DNA from: Priapulus caudatus | Taxonomy: Eukaryota | Assembly: GCF_000485595.1 (NCBI RefSeq) | Contig: NW_014577065.1 | Coordinates: 928,070 to 973,614 of the forward strand | Length of the DNA: 45,545 nt | Reading direction: 5' to 3' | Shown: piece after piece, positions 1-12,760 of the stretch | Layout of the letters: the number at the start of each line of letters is the position of its first letter | Numbering within the stretch: position 1 is the first letter of the stretch | Translations under genes and position numbers: made by a program | Notes under the pieces: model-generated | Database searches by the model: none | What the model saw: only the letters and a program-made list of their open reading frames with translations | Told to the model about the DNA's origin: nothing

Positions 1-83
<83 letters not shown>
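1..83. repeat. (CA)n microsatellite
   Basis: Perfect AC dinucleotide run from the window start. Confidence 0.98.
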
Positions 84-84
<1 letters not shown>

Positions 85-770
85 TATTTCCTTCGGTGTT
101 GGCGAGGCGTTGTGTGGATTGTCGCCTAGTGCCAGAAACACAAGTCGCGACGTCGGTGAAATCGATCGCGCTCCTCGTTTGTTCGCGTTGTTTCACCAAA
201 TCAACCGTAAGTTGGTGATAGCGGGAAAAGCGGTGCCGACGCGTCGCCAACGACAACGAGAAGTTGTCGCGGGTGGCAGCCTCCGACTGCTCGCTGCCTC
301 TGGCCAATCTTTATTATTGGGGCAATGAGAGGTGCCTCTCGCAGCGCTTGCACTCCCACGTTTCGGTGCATGCGCACGATCATCACTCGATTATGTAAGC
401 GCTTAGAAGTTCTTGAGAGAAGCCCCCGTTTTGCTTCGTTGCGCCGAGCAGCAGGCTGGAGGCCACCCCATTAATCTCACGCGCCGCCGGTGACTACCTT
501 GTCTTTTTCGGGGTCGCTTATTCAATTACCAGGCCAGCGGCGCGAAAATTAAATTCCGTCGTGATTATTCGTATTACGCGGGGTGCGATTTGCAACGCTG
601 CGCGACTGGGAAGGGCCGAGAGCGAAGGGTTACAGTCTAATTCGGTGACACGGCCGAAGATAAATCGACAGCGTAAATGATTGGAAACAGTTGAATGCGG
701 CCTTTGTTGTCGCGGGATGGTTGGGTGACAGTTTGCCGATGAGTCGTCAATGTGGTGACGCACTTGGCTC

Positions 771-771
<1 letters not shown>

Positions 772-814
<43 letters not shown>
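772..814. repeat. (CTG)n trinucleotide microsatellite
   Basis: About 14 GCT units. It is the source of the poly-Q and poly-A ORF translations. Confidence 0.95.
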
Positions 815-965
815 ATGCGTCTGACGCCGCGGCAGTAGCAATTAGGTAAGGGCTAATAGTTTTCGGACAAATATTTGCAGACATCCATCGGCTGCGTTGG
901 AGTTGGGGATTTGGGTTGTCGCTGCTCGATTTCTGCCAATTCATATCAGCGTGGTGGTGAGTATT

Positions 966-1520
966 CACAGAGGCAGGGATGTGGAGGCTGGGGTATACAC
1001 AGAGGCAGGGATGTGGAGGCTGGGGTATACAGAGAGGCAGGGATGTGAAGGCTGAGGTATACACAGAGGCAGGGATGTGGAGGCTGGGGTATACACAGAG
1101 GTAGGGATGTGAAGGCTGANNNNNNNNNNNNNNNNNNNNNNNNNNNNNNNNNNNNNNNNNNNNNNNNNNNNNNNNNNNNNNNNNNNNNNNNNNNNNNNNN
1201 NNNNNNNNNNNNNNNNNNNNNNNNNNNNNNNNNNNNNNNNNNNNNNNNNNNNNNNNNNNNNNNNNNNNNNNNNNNNNNNNNNNNNNNNNNNNNNNNNNNN
1301 NNNNNNNNNNNNNNNNNNNNNNNNNNNNNNNNNNNNNNNNNNACACAGAGCCAGAAATGTGGAGACTGGGGTACACAGAGCCAGAAATGTGGAGACTGGG
1401 GTACACAGAGGCAGAAATGTGGAGACTGGGGTACACAGAGCCAGAAATGTGGAGACTGGGGTACACAGAGGCAGAAATGTGGAGACTGGGGTATGCAGAG
1501 GCAGAAATGTGGAGGATGGG
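966..1520 (+). repeat. G-rich minisatellite with a 32-bp unit left of the gap and a 30-bp unit right of it; decayed copies continue to about 1880
   Basis: CACAGAGGCAGGGATGTGGAGGCTGGGGTATA starts at 966 and 998. CACAGAG(C/G)CAGAAATGTGGAGACTGGGGTA starts at 1344, 1374, 1404 and onward. The array is interrupted by the N gap at 1120-1342. Confidence 0.93.
1120..1342. other. Assembly gap (N run) inside the minisatellite
   Basis: Run of N. Other gaps lie at 3284-3293 (10 N), 28725-28734 (10 N) and 33117-33141 (25 N). Confidence 0.99.
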
Positions 1521-2435
1521 ATAAATACAGTGAGATGGGTACGGAGGCTGAGGAATACATGGAAAGTGATGTGGGAGCTGCGGTGTGCGGAGGCAAGGAT
1601 GCGGAAGACGTAGTATACAACGCAAAGCGTATGTGTGCTGTGGTATACATGGGCAATGATGTTGGGGCTGAGATATATAGAGCGACATGGGTGGGAAGCT
1701 TGGGTATATATATATATATATATATAATATATAAAGGCAGTAATGTGAAGATGTGTGTACAGAGTGACATGTACGTGGAAGCTGGAATAAACAGCTATGA
1801 GGATATGGGGCTGGTATATTGAGAGGTATAGGCATGTGGAAGCAGGCAATATATCAAGACAGAGACATGAAAACTAGAATATACAGCTCTCACAGTCCCT
1901 AACCTCTTCCCCTTCCTCGCGCCCTGTAAGCCACCGTGCGAGTTCGCGCGGCAACCTGAGTTAATGCGAGCGTAATGTGATGTGAAGCCGAGATCACAGC
2001 TCTGCATAGCCTTAGTGGCGCTGCGGGAGGAACGACGCAGATATCGCGCTCTACAATCTCATTTTAAATAGAAGATTGCCGCGCGGCCCTCTCCGCTCTC
2101 CGCTCTGCTGCTCCACACCGTGGTCGCATTACGTCGCGTAAACCTCCACATGTGCGTCGTCTTTCTCTCTCGGCGTCGCGGCTGCAGCGAATTCGCGCGC
2201 GCCGGTATAATGCATCGCATTTTAATGTGCGCGCCTAAGCCGACGTCGCAATCCGCCAGCGCGTATTATTAATCAGTTCTTCGCGGAAACGTAAGGTCTG
2301 AGCTGAACTCGACCGACGGCAGGCGTGCGTTGGTGCATGCAGGCAGGCCGGCGGGGCGAGAGGAGGAATGCGTTCGTCCGTCCTCGTCCTGATCCCGCGC
2401 CGTCTCCCCCGCGCGCGCTTCCTATGCTAATAACG

Positions 2436-2439
<4 letters not shown>

Positions 2440-2501
<62 letters not shown>

Positions 2502-2552
2502 TTCTCTCTCTCTCCCTCTCTCTCGCTCTCTCCCCTTCTCTCTCTCTCTCTC
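2440..2552. repeat. (CT)n microsatellite
   Basis: Long TC run with an imperfect tail. Confidence 0.95.
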
Positions 2553-3139
2553 TGGTTAAATCGCAAGGCAATCTCGTCAGCCAGGCTTTGGACCGGCGGT
2601 CGTAGTGCGTAAGGCGACGCCGCAGTGTTACACGATTTATGCGTGAATGTTTGCGGTCGGGTTTTAAAGGTACCTCCCTACTTAAATTGAGTCGGCGAAA
2701 GTAAACTTGGTATGTACAGCCCCCCCCCCCCGTATTCAGAGAAAGTGCTGATATTAGAGTTTGACGTGCTTGAAAGTTAACCGCAGGTGCTATATAATCT
2801 ATAGATGCTGTGTCGCGCCGCGGTGCATGCATACTGATGTTCCCAGACACGAATGTTCTGATGTTCTGAACGATCCTTTCAGGTTATAATTGCTATCTAT
2901 GCCGCACTAGATGTCACCACAGGCACACGCGATGACAATATTTTGAGAAAGTAAAATTCTAATGGTCGCACTCGCAGCGCCTTCGGATAAGTATGGTCAT
3001 AATGACAGCCAGTTTCGAAGTTTACTCTAAAACTATATAAATGCGGTGCAAAACAATTTTCCTGACGGCAGCGATAAATTTTCCGTCTCTATATCCGCGA
3101 ACATATATGCCTAGTTTAGTGTCTGCGCAACGCACAGAG

Positions 3140-3249
3140 CTATCTATCTATCTATCGATCTATCTATCTATCTATCTATCTATCGATCTATCGATCTATC
3201 TATCTATCTATCTATCTATCGATCTATCTATCTATCTATCTATCTATCG

Positions 3250-3283
<34 letters not shown>

Positions 3284-3349
3284 NNNNNNNNNNCACGCAC
3301 GCCCGCGCAGACACGCACACACACGCATGCAAACATACATACAGATAGC

Positions 3350-3392
<43 letters not shown>
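3140..3392. repeat. (ATCT)n array followed by a 10-N gap and (AG)n
   Basis: ATCT units with ATCG interruptions at 3140-3283; AG run at about 3351-3392. Confidence 0.95.
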
Positions 3393-3396
<4 letters not shown>

Positions 3397-4564
3397 ATAT
3401 CGAAATGGAGAGAAGGGTGATAGAAAAAAGGAAGGAGTGGGGGCGTGTTAGAGTAGCGAGTAAAGAGCAGAAGGGAAGCGCGTGGACGAGAGAGAGAGAG
3501 AGTGTGACAGTGAGATGGGTGGATAGATAGATGGACAGAGAGGGGGAGAAGAAACATAGATTAGGCATGTGGTATAACGTGGTATTTCATGAATTTGAAG
3601 TTTTCGCAGCGTCGTGCCATTGCAGTGCCAGAGCATGACATTTCGGCCCTACACACCGACCCACTGCTTGTCAAATAATAACCCACACCAAAATTTCAGA
3701 GAAGCAGAAGAAACTCAGCATGCTGAGTGATCGTGACGACCAGATCGCCTGGAATAGAGTGATCGGCTAGAACTGGCCGCGTACAAACACACGCATTTGT
3801 CACCTGCTAATTATTTGGGTGGGATAGTTCGTACGCGCCGCCGCTACGCACGTACGGCACCTACAAATTGCCCCAATTACCTGGCGCCGATGTTGGTGCC
3901 GGGCGTTGGTTTCCTGTGGCTAACACACATACACACGGCACACGTACATACATACATACATACAGTCTCTCGCTCACCACACACTATACGTAACGGCCGC
4001 GCTATACACTGCTGCGTCAATTTGCCTCATTATTAACCGTCATCAGGGGAATCGCTTTATCAAACCAGCGGCCGAGATGTAATTTGCATTTCACAACAAA
4101 GACACTTTTAATTATGCGTTCTCGCGGCCGTTTCTCTCCCCCAGCCTCGCGCGCGCGGGATCTCCGTGTGTGTGCACGGGCAGAGGCGGATGTTGTTGCT
4201 TTGTTCTCGCATCGTTTTAGCAGACGTGGAGAGAGAGCGCGAGAGCGAAGCAGCGTCCGTCGCTACGATGGAGCCGACGTCGCGTCTATTAAGCACACGC
4301 GAGATGACGACGACGGCTGGCGTCGTGCGCCGTGCGTCGCTGCGCAGCCTGTAAGTACTGTTTACATATCTATATACACCTGCCACTTCTCGTTCCGCCG
4401 CCCCTCCCCCTCTCTGTTCTCACACACAGTGGTATCTATGATCTTTACGACGTGTTCCTCAGATTCCCCTCCGCCTCGCTCAGCATCCTCATCAAAGTAT
4501 CTATTAAACTATCATGTCATGTATTTATACGCGCATATATATATAAATATTATATATATATCAT

Positions 4565-4970
4565 ATGTGTGTGGTGTATGTTCGTATCGCTGTGCTTGTG
4601 TGTAGGCTTGCTTCCTGGGGGTGTGTGTGGCTGTGTGTGCATTGGTGTGTGCGCGCGCGCGCTGTGTGTCGCTCGGCGCTGCGTCAGAATCCTCGACCGA
4701 CGGAGGGGGGGGCGGTGGGGGGGGGGGGGGGGCGGTGCGGGGCAGGGGCGGGGCGGTCGGGTGTTGTAGTGCGTGTGTGTGTGCGCGCTGTGCATTCTTG
4801 TGTGTGTGTGTGTGTTGTGTGGGTGGGAGGGGGGGGGGGTGGGCCTCCAGGGGGTGGGTGTGTGTGTGTGGCGTGGTGGTGGTGTGTACGTGTTGGTGCG
4901 CGGGGGCGGGGGCGGGGCGTGTGGGGTTGGTGGGGTGGGGGGGCGGCGGGGGTGTGCTCGGCTGCGTGCG

Positions 4971-5003
<33 letters not shown>

Positions 5004-5172
5004 GCGCGCGTGTATCGTTGATGCGTGCTCGTGTGTGCGTCGGCGTTGGCTTGCTGTTGCTCGTGTCTGCGTGTGTGTGTGTGTGTGTGTCGTGTGCTGT
5101 GTGTGTGTGGTTGTGTTGTGGTGTGCTGTGTACTTCTGTGTGCGGTTGGGTGTGTGTTGTGTTGTGTGTTGT

Positions 5173-5203
<31 letters not shown>

Positions 5204-5204
5204 T
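4565..5204. repeat. Degenerate (GT)n and poly-G low-complexity tract
   Basis: Noisy GT and G runs. The C/V-rich ORFs here are translations of the repeat. Confidence 0.85.
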
Positions 5205-6002
5205 GATTATTTGTACATCACCGACAACTGGACATCTTTTCGAGTTTTAAACTCACAAACCGGGTGCACTTGACAACGTGACTTCCCCCATCTGCTAAAG
5301 ATAAGACGTTCTTTGGATAGCTTGTCATGTGCGCTGTTTCGCTTACAAAAATATTGTACTGTCCCACTCGTCCAATTTTTACGCTTTTCGTGTGCTTTTT
5401 CCCCACTGTGTGTTTGCGTTTCCATCCATGCACCATTTTGACGCGAGTGGGAGATGTCCTCCACTCGATATAGGATGACGCTCACGCGCTTATGTCGTGT
5501 TCACACATCAAGTAAAACATGCGTTGCGCGGATCGCCGAAGGCAGCAGAAGTTTTTACCTAGCAATCGTAAGGTTACCATGTATAATATCCTGTACGCAT
5601 AGTTAGCCGACAGAAAAGCTAATTGCAATAATTATAACCAAATATATTGCTAAACTCATTTTAATCAACACTCGTGCTACAATTAAAGGTATGCTTCTTG
5701 GCCGCTACAAATCGTACCATGTGGACGTCATTGTCTAGCTCGGCCTGATTACTGACCCCGCCTTGCCTCTTGTAGCATGCCCTGCTTGCGTATGCTGCCG
5801 TGCGCGGCGTGCGCTGCGTGCGTGGCAGTGCGTGCGTGGATGTGTGGTCGTATGATAATAATATATGCTAGCAATAACTATATATAACCTATATACATAT
5901 CGGCGTCTGGTGATCTATGTGTTGTGTGCGCGCCGCGCAGTATGTGTTGTCGGTACACCATGTGGTGCGCTGGTGGTAGTGTTTGCGTCATATATTGATA
6001 GT

Positions 6003-6045
6003 CAAGAGTACATAATAAGACGCATTCTCTTATTATGTACTCTTG
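6003..6045. mobile_element. Palindromic TIR-only remnant (putative P-superfamily excision footprint), CAAGAG type
   Basis: TCAAGAGTACATAATAAGA (6002-6020), a 7-nt loop, then TCTTATTATGTACTCTTGA (6028-6046) form a perfect 19-bp inverted repeat. The flanking direct repeat is not clean. Confidence 0.6.
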
Positions 6046-6124
6046 ATATGTATGTATGTGTGATGGTTACATATGTGCCTGCTAGCGTGAGTGAGGTCTG
6101 CGTGTCTGTACTGTGATCAGAATG

Positions 6125-7235
6125 AAACATCGCCGCAATGATTGCCTCTTGTTTTTTCTCGCCTCTCTCAGACGTCTCGTCTGCGCGCTGTACTGCGCGC
6201 ACATAGTAACTAACCCAATTAGCTGACACGCTGGGCTGCATTAGCCATCGTAGAGGTGTTACAGTTACCCTGCAGACGAGAAGGACATTTGTGTGTTCTC
6301 ATTTCTTTTTGATAAGTCGATATTGTTAATAGTAGTAACCAATCACAACGTCTGGATGCGGGATGACTGCATGCGCACGTTCGCCGTATTATTCGAATTA
6401 AAATCTGCGTGAGAAATTTTCTTCATGCTGGAAAAATTCATTCGGGAGTTCTTTAGCCCTGCTTTAGTAGCAAGCTAGTCTATGACCACGTACGCCTCGG
6501 CGAATCCGCCCAATTTGCGATCAACCGCTTTCACTGTGTCGGGCCTTCCGCGCTGGTTTAGATGTTTATATCATAAGCAGGAGGATGGTTATAATCGATT
6601 TATGTCACTGCCACTCTGTTGCTTGCTACGATCAATCCCATGTGACTCATCCGTAAAAACCTGTTCCCTGCGATGTCGACCTCCTTTGCGTTTGCTCTTC
6701 CGGTAACGAAGTTATTGTGCCGAATCACGGTTATTGATTTGCCTCTATTTTAATCGATCTAAGTGCTCGCGACATCGGCGCCTGTGGCTATTTTCGTGTC
6801 TTACCTGCAGGCCGAGTGACTGCAGTCAGATTCTTCCCAAGGTGTTATATTACGGCAGTTGATTTTACTGACGGTACCCGAAGCGTATAGAGGAGTAGCT
6901 GGCGGGGTGAGGAGAATCGTACGGCATGCTGCTTAAGTCATCAGATGAATTGATCGTGATGGTGATATATGCGTGGATCCATAGCTGGGACGTGGCTCGT
7001 CCTCCTGAGATTTTACGTGTCGATTCAACACCGCCAGCTCGTATAGGGAGTTTTTTGACGAAGTGGCAAAATGTCTAAAATTGAAACATGTTCTCTACTG
7101 TAAATTTTGTGAGTAACTACTTAAAACATGCGACCGAACGAATGTGACGCGGAAACATACCTAAACCAAACCAAACCTAACCCAACCCAAACCACCGTCA
7201 CAAACTACTGGTATGGTGGTTCCTTCCACTGTTCG
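6125..7235 (+). repeat. Copy 1 of a ~1.1-kb direct duplication (copy 2 at ~8500-9560)
   Basis: Colinear similarity along the whole length, e.g. TTTCTTTTTGATAAGT, TGTGACTCATCCGTAAA and GTCATCAGATGAATTGAT. The copies differ mainly by 1-2-bp indels. Confidence 0.9.
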
Positions 7236-8499
7236 ACAGTAACGAAATAAAATTTGGAGAATATATAACTTTGACTTCTCCCTCTCTCGTGCCCCGCTCC
7301 CTTTCTTCTATATATTATATAATCCTGACTATATATACTATATGTGTATACATACATACTTTTATTAGTCTCATATCTTATATATATTATCACTGAAGCC
7401 ATTCCCAGCAGCCGCTGTACTTACTCCAACTGTCTCTCCGTCCTTGATTCCGTAGCCACTGCAAACCCACTGCTACTGTTTCCACCCGTACCCCAACTAG
7501 TGCCACCGAGTTATATCTTATAACGGCTTCACTAGCGTTTTCCTAATTAAGAAAACGCTATAGCGATGGCGTCAAGCACGACTGCCTGCGCTACCTACGT
7601 CGGCCGCAACGCGTGACATGATTCACGGTTCTGCACGAATCTCTGCTACTGGATTTTTTATACACTTGACCCGCGCGTGATCGGCTAGAGCTTGAGGGTA
7701 TCATTATAGGGATCACGCTGGGAGTTAAGAGGGAACGTAGCGTGCGTATATGCGTGGCCGGATTAAGCTTGTCAGAGGCCCGAGGCTGTTAATGAGCATG
7801 TTCAAATGTAATGTTTTTTCAGCATTGTTAATGTTTTTTACTGAGAAACTAGCCACGTATTGACTAGCCAACTAGGCACAAATTTACACGTATGTCAGTT
7901 TAATTTTTTTTTAATTTTAAATTAATTTGTTGTCACAATTTTGCGTTGTCGCATAATTGGTTTTCTGTACATATATTTAAGCATATCATTCTTTACATAG
8001 CCATATATTGCATGTGGTCCTGGCGTAAAATTGAGGGCCTAACGTCACGAGGGTTTTGTCATTATACTAAAGAGTATTCCAACTCTGCGTGTATGGATTG
8101 GTGGTTTTCCCTATTGCAATGCAATAACTTTAACCACGTGACGTATATGTATAATTGAAGATTATGTGCTTATTTTTATTATTGTTAATTACAAAACACA
8201 TCCGAAGTGTTTCATTCCCTGGATCATCGCTAGAAATTGCTCATCGTTTTCTTTGATAAGGCAGGTAATATTTGATAAATTAAAACTTCCACGTAATGCA
8301 ATTTGCATAAAAGTTAGGATAAAATCATTGTTGCCGCAACGATGAAAGGATTGTAGTCAAATTAGAGAAAAATAAAATGATTAGCCATATTCGCCTCTCT
8401 GCGCTCACAGGAGAGTAGTAAATGAAGGCGACTAATTGACAGACATCTGTAGGTAGGTGCTATGTAGCCGTGATAGTTATTCAGCTTCGTAATTTTTCT

Positions 8500-9560
8500 A
8501 AAAAAATCATCGCAATGATGCTCTTGTGTTTTTCTCGCCTTCTCATGACGCTCTCGTCTGCGGCTCGACTGCGCGCATAGTAAACTAACCAATTAGTGAC
8601 ACGCTGGGCTGGCTATTAGCGTAGGAGTGCGTTACAGTTACCCTGCAAGGACGAGGAAGGACATTGTGTGTTCTATTTCTTTTTGATAAGTGATAGGTGT
8701 ACATAGTATTAACCAATCACAAACGTTGGGGATGGCGATGACTAGCATTGCGCACGTTCGCGTATTAGTCCGAATTAAATCTGCGTGAGAAATTTTTTTC
8801 ATTGCTGGATAAAATTCATCGGGGGTTTTCTTAGCTGTAATACAAGCAGTCCATACACGTAGCTCGCGGAAATCCGGTCACCATTTGCGATCAACCGTTT
8901 CACTGTGCGGGCTTCGCGTGGTTTAGATGTTTATATATAAGGCAGGAGATGGTTTAATCGATGGTTTATTCACTGCACTCTGTACTGCACTAGATCACCA
9001 TGTGACTCATCCGTAAATACCTGTTCCCCGCGACTGTCGCTCCTTTGCGTTGCTTTCCGTAAGCGCAAGTTATGTGCCGATCACGGTTATTGATTGCCTC
9101 TATTTTAATCGATCTAGTGCTCGCGACATCGGCGCTGGGCTATTTCGTAGTCTCACTGCAGGCCGAGTGACTGCAGCAGATTCTTTCCCAAGGTGTTAAT
9201 TACCGGCATTTATTACGTGAGCGGTAGCCTGAAGGTAGAGAGTAGCTGGGGTGAGGAGGAATCGTGGCGGATGCTGCTTAGTCATCAGATGAATTGATGT
9301 GATGGTGATATATCGTTGGATCCAAGCTGTGGACGTGGCCGCTTGAGTTTACGTGCGAGTTCAACACGCGACTCGTATATGGAGTTTTTTTGACGAAGTG
9401 GCAAAATTTCTGAAATTTAAACAGTTCTCTACTGTTAATTTTCGTAGTAACTACTAAAACATGCGACCTGGAAACAATGACGGGAACATACCTAACCAAA
9501 CCAAACTAACCCAAACCAAACCACCGTTCAACAAACTAGGTATGGGGTCCTCCACTGTCG
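8500..9560 (+). repeat. Copy 2 of the ~1.1-kb direct duplication
   Basis: Matches 6125-7235 and ends in the same CCTAACCAAACCAAAC...TCCACTGT(T)CGA segment. Confidence 0.9.
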
Positions 9561-10306
9561 AATGCTGTTGCTACTGCTGTTGCTACTGGTGGTACTGCTG
9601 CAGCGTGCGAGCCCGAATGATTGATGGCTGCGCCGTGAGTTGTCATATTGTTCGACGTTTAGCTATGGACGCAAATTGTAGTTTTTTCCTCCCTATGCGT
9701 CTTCTCTCTCGCTGCTGCTTCTGCTGTTGTGTGATGGCGGCCATGTTTGTGCGCCCGCTTCATCCGTAGGTAATGTGCGCGGTGGCTGCGAAGTAGAAGT
9801 CACAGGAGCGATGGGGAAAGGACGGATGTTCCAGTATAGAGAGAAACAAGATGGGTTTGGGGACGTTCCCGCGGTAAGATAAGGTTGGCAATCAGTTGTA
9901 TATTGGTGAGAGAATGATTCCCTGGTAGAACAGCCGGTTAGAGGCGTTGAGATATAGTTGTCGAGATATGCTTAAGGAAGTGCCACGTGTGAAAATGAAT
10001 CCAGAAAGGTGTGCCCTATGAAGACATATCTGGGAAGACATCACGTGCGAAAATCAGGTGCCAACAAGACCAGATTATGCGTTTACTAGGCCCTTGGCAC
10101 CTTTTTTTTTTATCGCTGATTCCTAAATTTAAATGCATCGTCTCTTTACGTGACTTTTATTTAGACCTAAATTAGTCCCTTGTGAATGTGCTTGTTCTCT
10201 TATCATAAGAGCTAGCTAAATTAGTTGTACATTATGTATACGAATCCCCCACACCCCAAGGAGATCATGCATGAGTATATTTCATAGGTCATACAACAGT
10301 GGCAAC

Positions 10307-10711
10307 TAGTGATGTCACGATCATCGATTATACTCGATCATCGGTTGAACAGTGGCTCGAACCAAGCGCCTAGTGATGTCACGATCATCGATTATACTCG
10401 ATCATCGGTTGAACAGTGGCTCGAACCAAGCGCTTGGTTGTCAAAATCCATAATCGATATTTTTTTTTTATTTTTTTTTTTATTTGAACAAAGTTATGAG
10501 AATCAGTATATGTATTATACACACAGTAGTAAACAGTGCAAAACAAACAGTAAACAGGGCTAAACAAGCACATACATGCACACACGTACATGCACACGAC
10601 GTTACGCACGCGCAGGCATTCAACACTCCGAGTAACCGATTGTAACCGATTATCGGTTACTTGGGTCCAACCGATGATTGATTACGAAATTACAACCGAT
10701 TGACAACACTA
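10307..10711. mobile_element. Non-autonomous hAT-type DNA transposon (MITE), 405 bp
   Basis: Perfect 8-bp TSD GTGGCAAC at 10299-10306 and 10712-10719. The 11-bp TIR TAGTGATGTCA / TGACAACACTA matches 10/11. Subterminal ATCGGTT, AACCGAT and ATCGATT motifs repeat at both ends. Confidence 0.85.
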
Positions 10712-10859
10712 GTGGCAACACATGTTTCCCGGTGTTCGGATAGGTCTCTAACACCTTTCTAGGTCCCACGTCACGGTAGCTATTATGTTCCCTTGATAAT
10801 CTCTTCATGGAAGCCATCAGGAGCTAGGGTATCTTCACTCGCACTTGTTTACTTGAAAG

Positions 10860-11062
10860 TCGTGAACGAGCGATCAAACTAGTGACCAACAGACCGAGCG
10901 AGCGAGCAAGCGCCCGAGCGACCCACCGAGGGAATGAAGGAGCAAACGATCGAGGGAGTAAACGAGCAAATGATCGAGGGAGTGAACGCGCAAACGATCG
11001 AGTGAGTAAACGATCAGACGAGTGAGGGAGTGAACGAGCGACGTATAAAGTGAACGAGCGTG
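10860..11062. repeat. Degenerate (AGCG/AACG)n low-complexity repeat
   Basis: Recurring AACGAGCG, AACGATCGAGGGAG and GTGAACG motifs. Confidence 0.75.
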
Positions 11063-12030
11063 AAGTCTGACGACGCGAGACCGACGTTATAACGTTCACG
11101 GTCGGCCGCTTGTTTCTCCGTCACCATGGCGACGTCGTCGGCGCGCCGCAATCTCGGAAATGCCAGCGAAATCTTTGGCGTTGTATTCATGGGAAATTTA
11201 TCACGCAGATTGATGATGCACGGACACAAGACCTCTCGTGTCAGTTACACTCTACCGCTCTCTGCGCTGTTCTATACTCGTCACGCACAGACACGTAACG
11301 ACACCCGTCATAGGGAATCTTGAGTCTGCGATAATATAAACTATATATATTAGGAGGAAACGATTTTGGTTCATCTAAGAGGTGCAGTAATTTGAAGAGG
11401 TTACCTTCCACTTTCTCTGTCGTGGGGACGTGGAATTATGGTGAGATAGAGAGGCGGTGAACATTTGCTAAGGCGACGATCACTATTATAGAAGTTTCGT
11501 ATGAATTCCCTTATACTTCCAGGAGATTCTTTAGAAAATTGCGTGCGTGCGTGGGTTCAGGAGTTATACTCGAAGGCGGAATGTTGTTTTATGCGATGCT
11601 ATCATTTATAGATTACTGATGTCTAATATACACGCGCAGCCTGCACGAGCGCATTATAGCTAGCCCGTTCATAAATTACATTAACGCGACATTAGGGGTT
11701 TCCTTGTCGAGAACATCCTTTAATTAGAAGCGATCCCACACAGTTTATCATCAGCTTGTTGCGCGGCGTGCATATATGCGAGTTCAGTGCATGCGTAACA
11801 TTTAGGTGTGAGATTGCATGAGACGGCGGTGTGGGATCACGGCGTTGGTGTCGGTTGCACGAATTGCACCTGAATACCAGTGTGACTTGCTGCATTTCTG
11901 GAGCTGTCCGACGATGCTGTTGAGCATTCAGTGGTTTGCGCGCCGATTAGTTCTCATCGAGAGCATCGGTTTCATCAAGATCAGCGGCATCTGTGCATTA
12001 CAATCTGATTATCATCACTGTGAGCATCAG

Positions 12031-12051
12031 GATTATCATCATCATCATCAA

Positions 12052-12087
<36 letters not shown>

Positions 12088-12150
12088 TATCATCATCATC
12101 CTCTTCTTCATCGTCGTCGTCGTCGTTGTCGTCGTCGTCGTCGTCGTCAT
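12031..12150. repeat. Compound (ATC)n-(GTC)n microsatellite
   Basis: A CAT run followed by a CGT run. It is the source of the poly-H/R, poly-I/V and poly-M/T ORFs. Confidence 0.95.
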
Positions 12151-12713
12151 GGTCCTCGCCGCTGTTGTCACCGAGCGATATTTAATCTGTAAAGGAAATG
12201 AAGGGTCTGACAAATATAATTTTTCACCGGTCATTAACTGGTCAACTGTGTAAAATGTACGAAATATCAGAAGACGAAAAACAGATGCGCTAATGCAGAG
12301 TATATCATTTATCAGTATTTATCAGTATTTGGGAACCGAACAGACTTCTATGGGCACGCGTGGCGCTCGAAAAGTGGCAACTCAAAGTTCCACGAGCTCA
12401 TGCCGTCGCATAAAACCGCGGAGCCGAACAATGTAGATGTTTGCCAAGTCATTGCTACATTTAATATTCCCACCGTACAGATGGTTTCTGCGGGCTGCAT
12501 TCGTAACGCGTACATGTATTAGAGTATAATCCCTGATCGCTCTGTCACATTTGATAAATTACGCAGTGCCGTACACCCGATGCTACCCGCACCGATCTGC
12601 GCAGCTAGCATTGATCAACGGGTTAAATATCGTTTTTCTGTTGATATTTTCCGTTTCGCGATTTTCATTTCGTCTGACGTTCGGCGCGATGTCCATTATC
12701 CGCAGCAGCAGAA

Positions 12714-12716
<3 letters not shown>

Positions 12717-12757
<41 letters not shown>
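12717..12757. repeat. (CT)n microsatellite
   Basis: Perfect TC run. Confidence 0.95.

Positions 12758-12760
<3 letters not shown>

Noticed and set aside
966..1520. CRISPR-like periodicity (also at 43974-44235)
   Set aside because: Units are directly adjacent with no unique spacers, there are no cas genes, and the context is eukaryotic.
518..1849. Long ORFs with poly-Q, poly-A or repeated motifs (107-362 aa)
   Set aside because: They are translations of the CTG repeat, the minisatellite and an N gap. They are open in several frames at once and show no domain or splice evidence.
5207..5485. Minus-strand ORFs with a vague transposase zinc-finger flavour
   Set aside because: No complete recognisable motif, and the segment lies in indel-noisy sequence. 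It needs BLASTX.
6002..6046. Hairpins as pre-miRNAs or terminators
   Set aside because: They are too short for pre-miRNAs and match no mature miRNA I recognise. The shared termini and TSD-like flanks are better explained by transposon origin.
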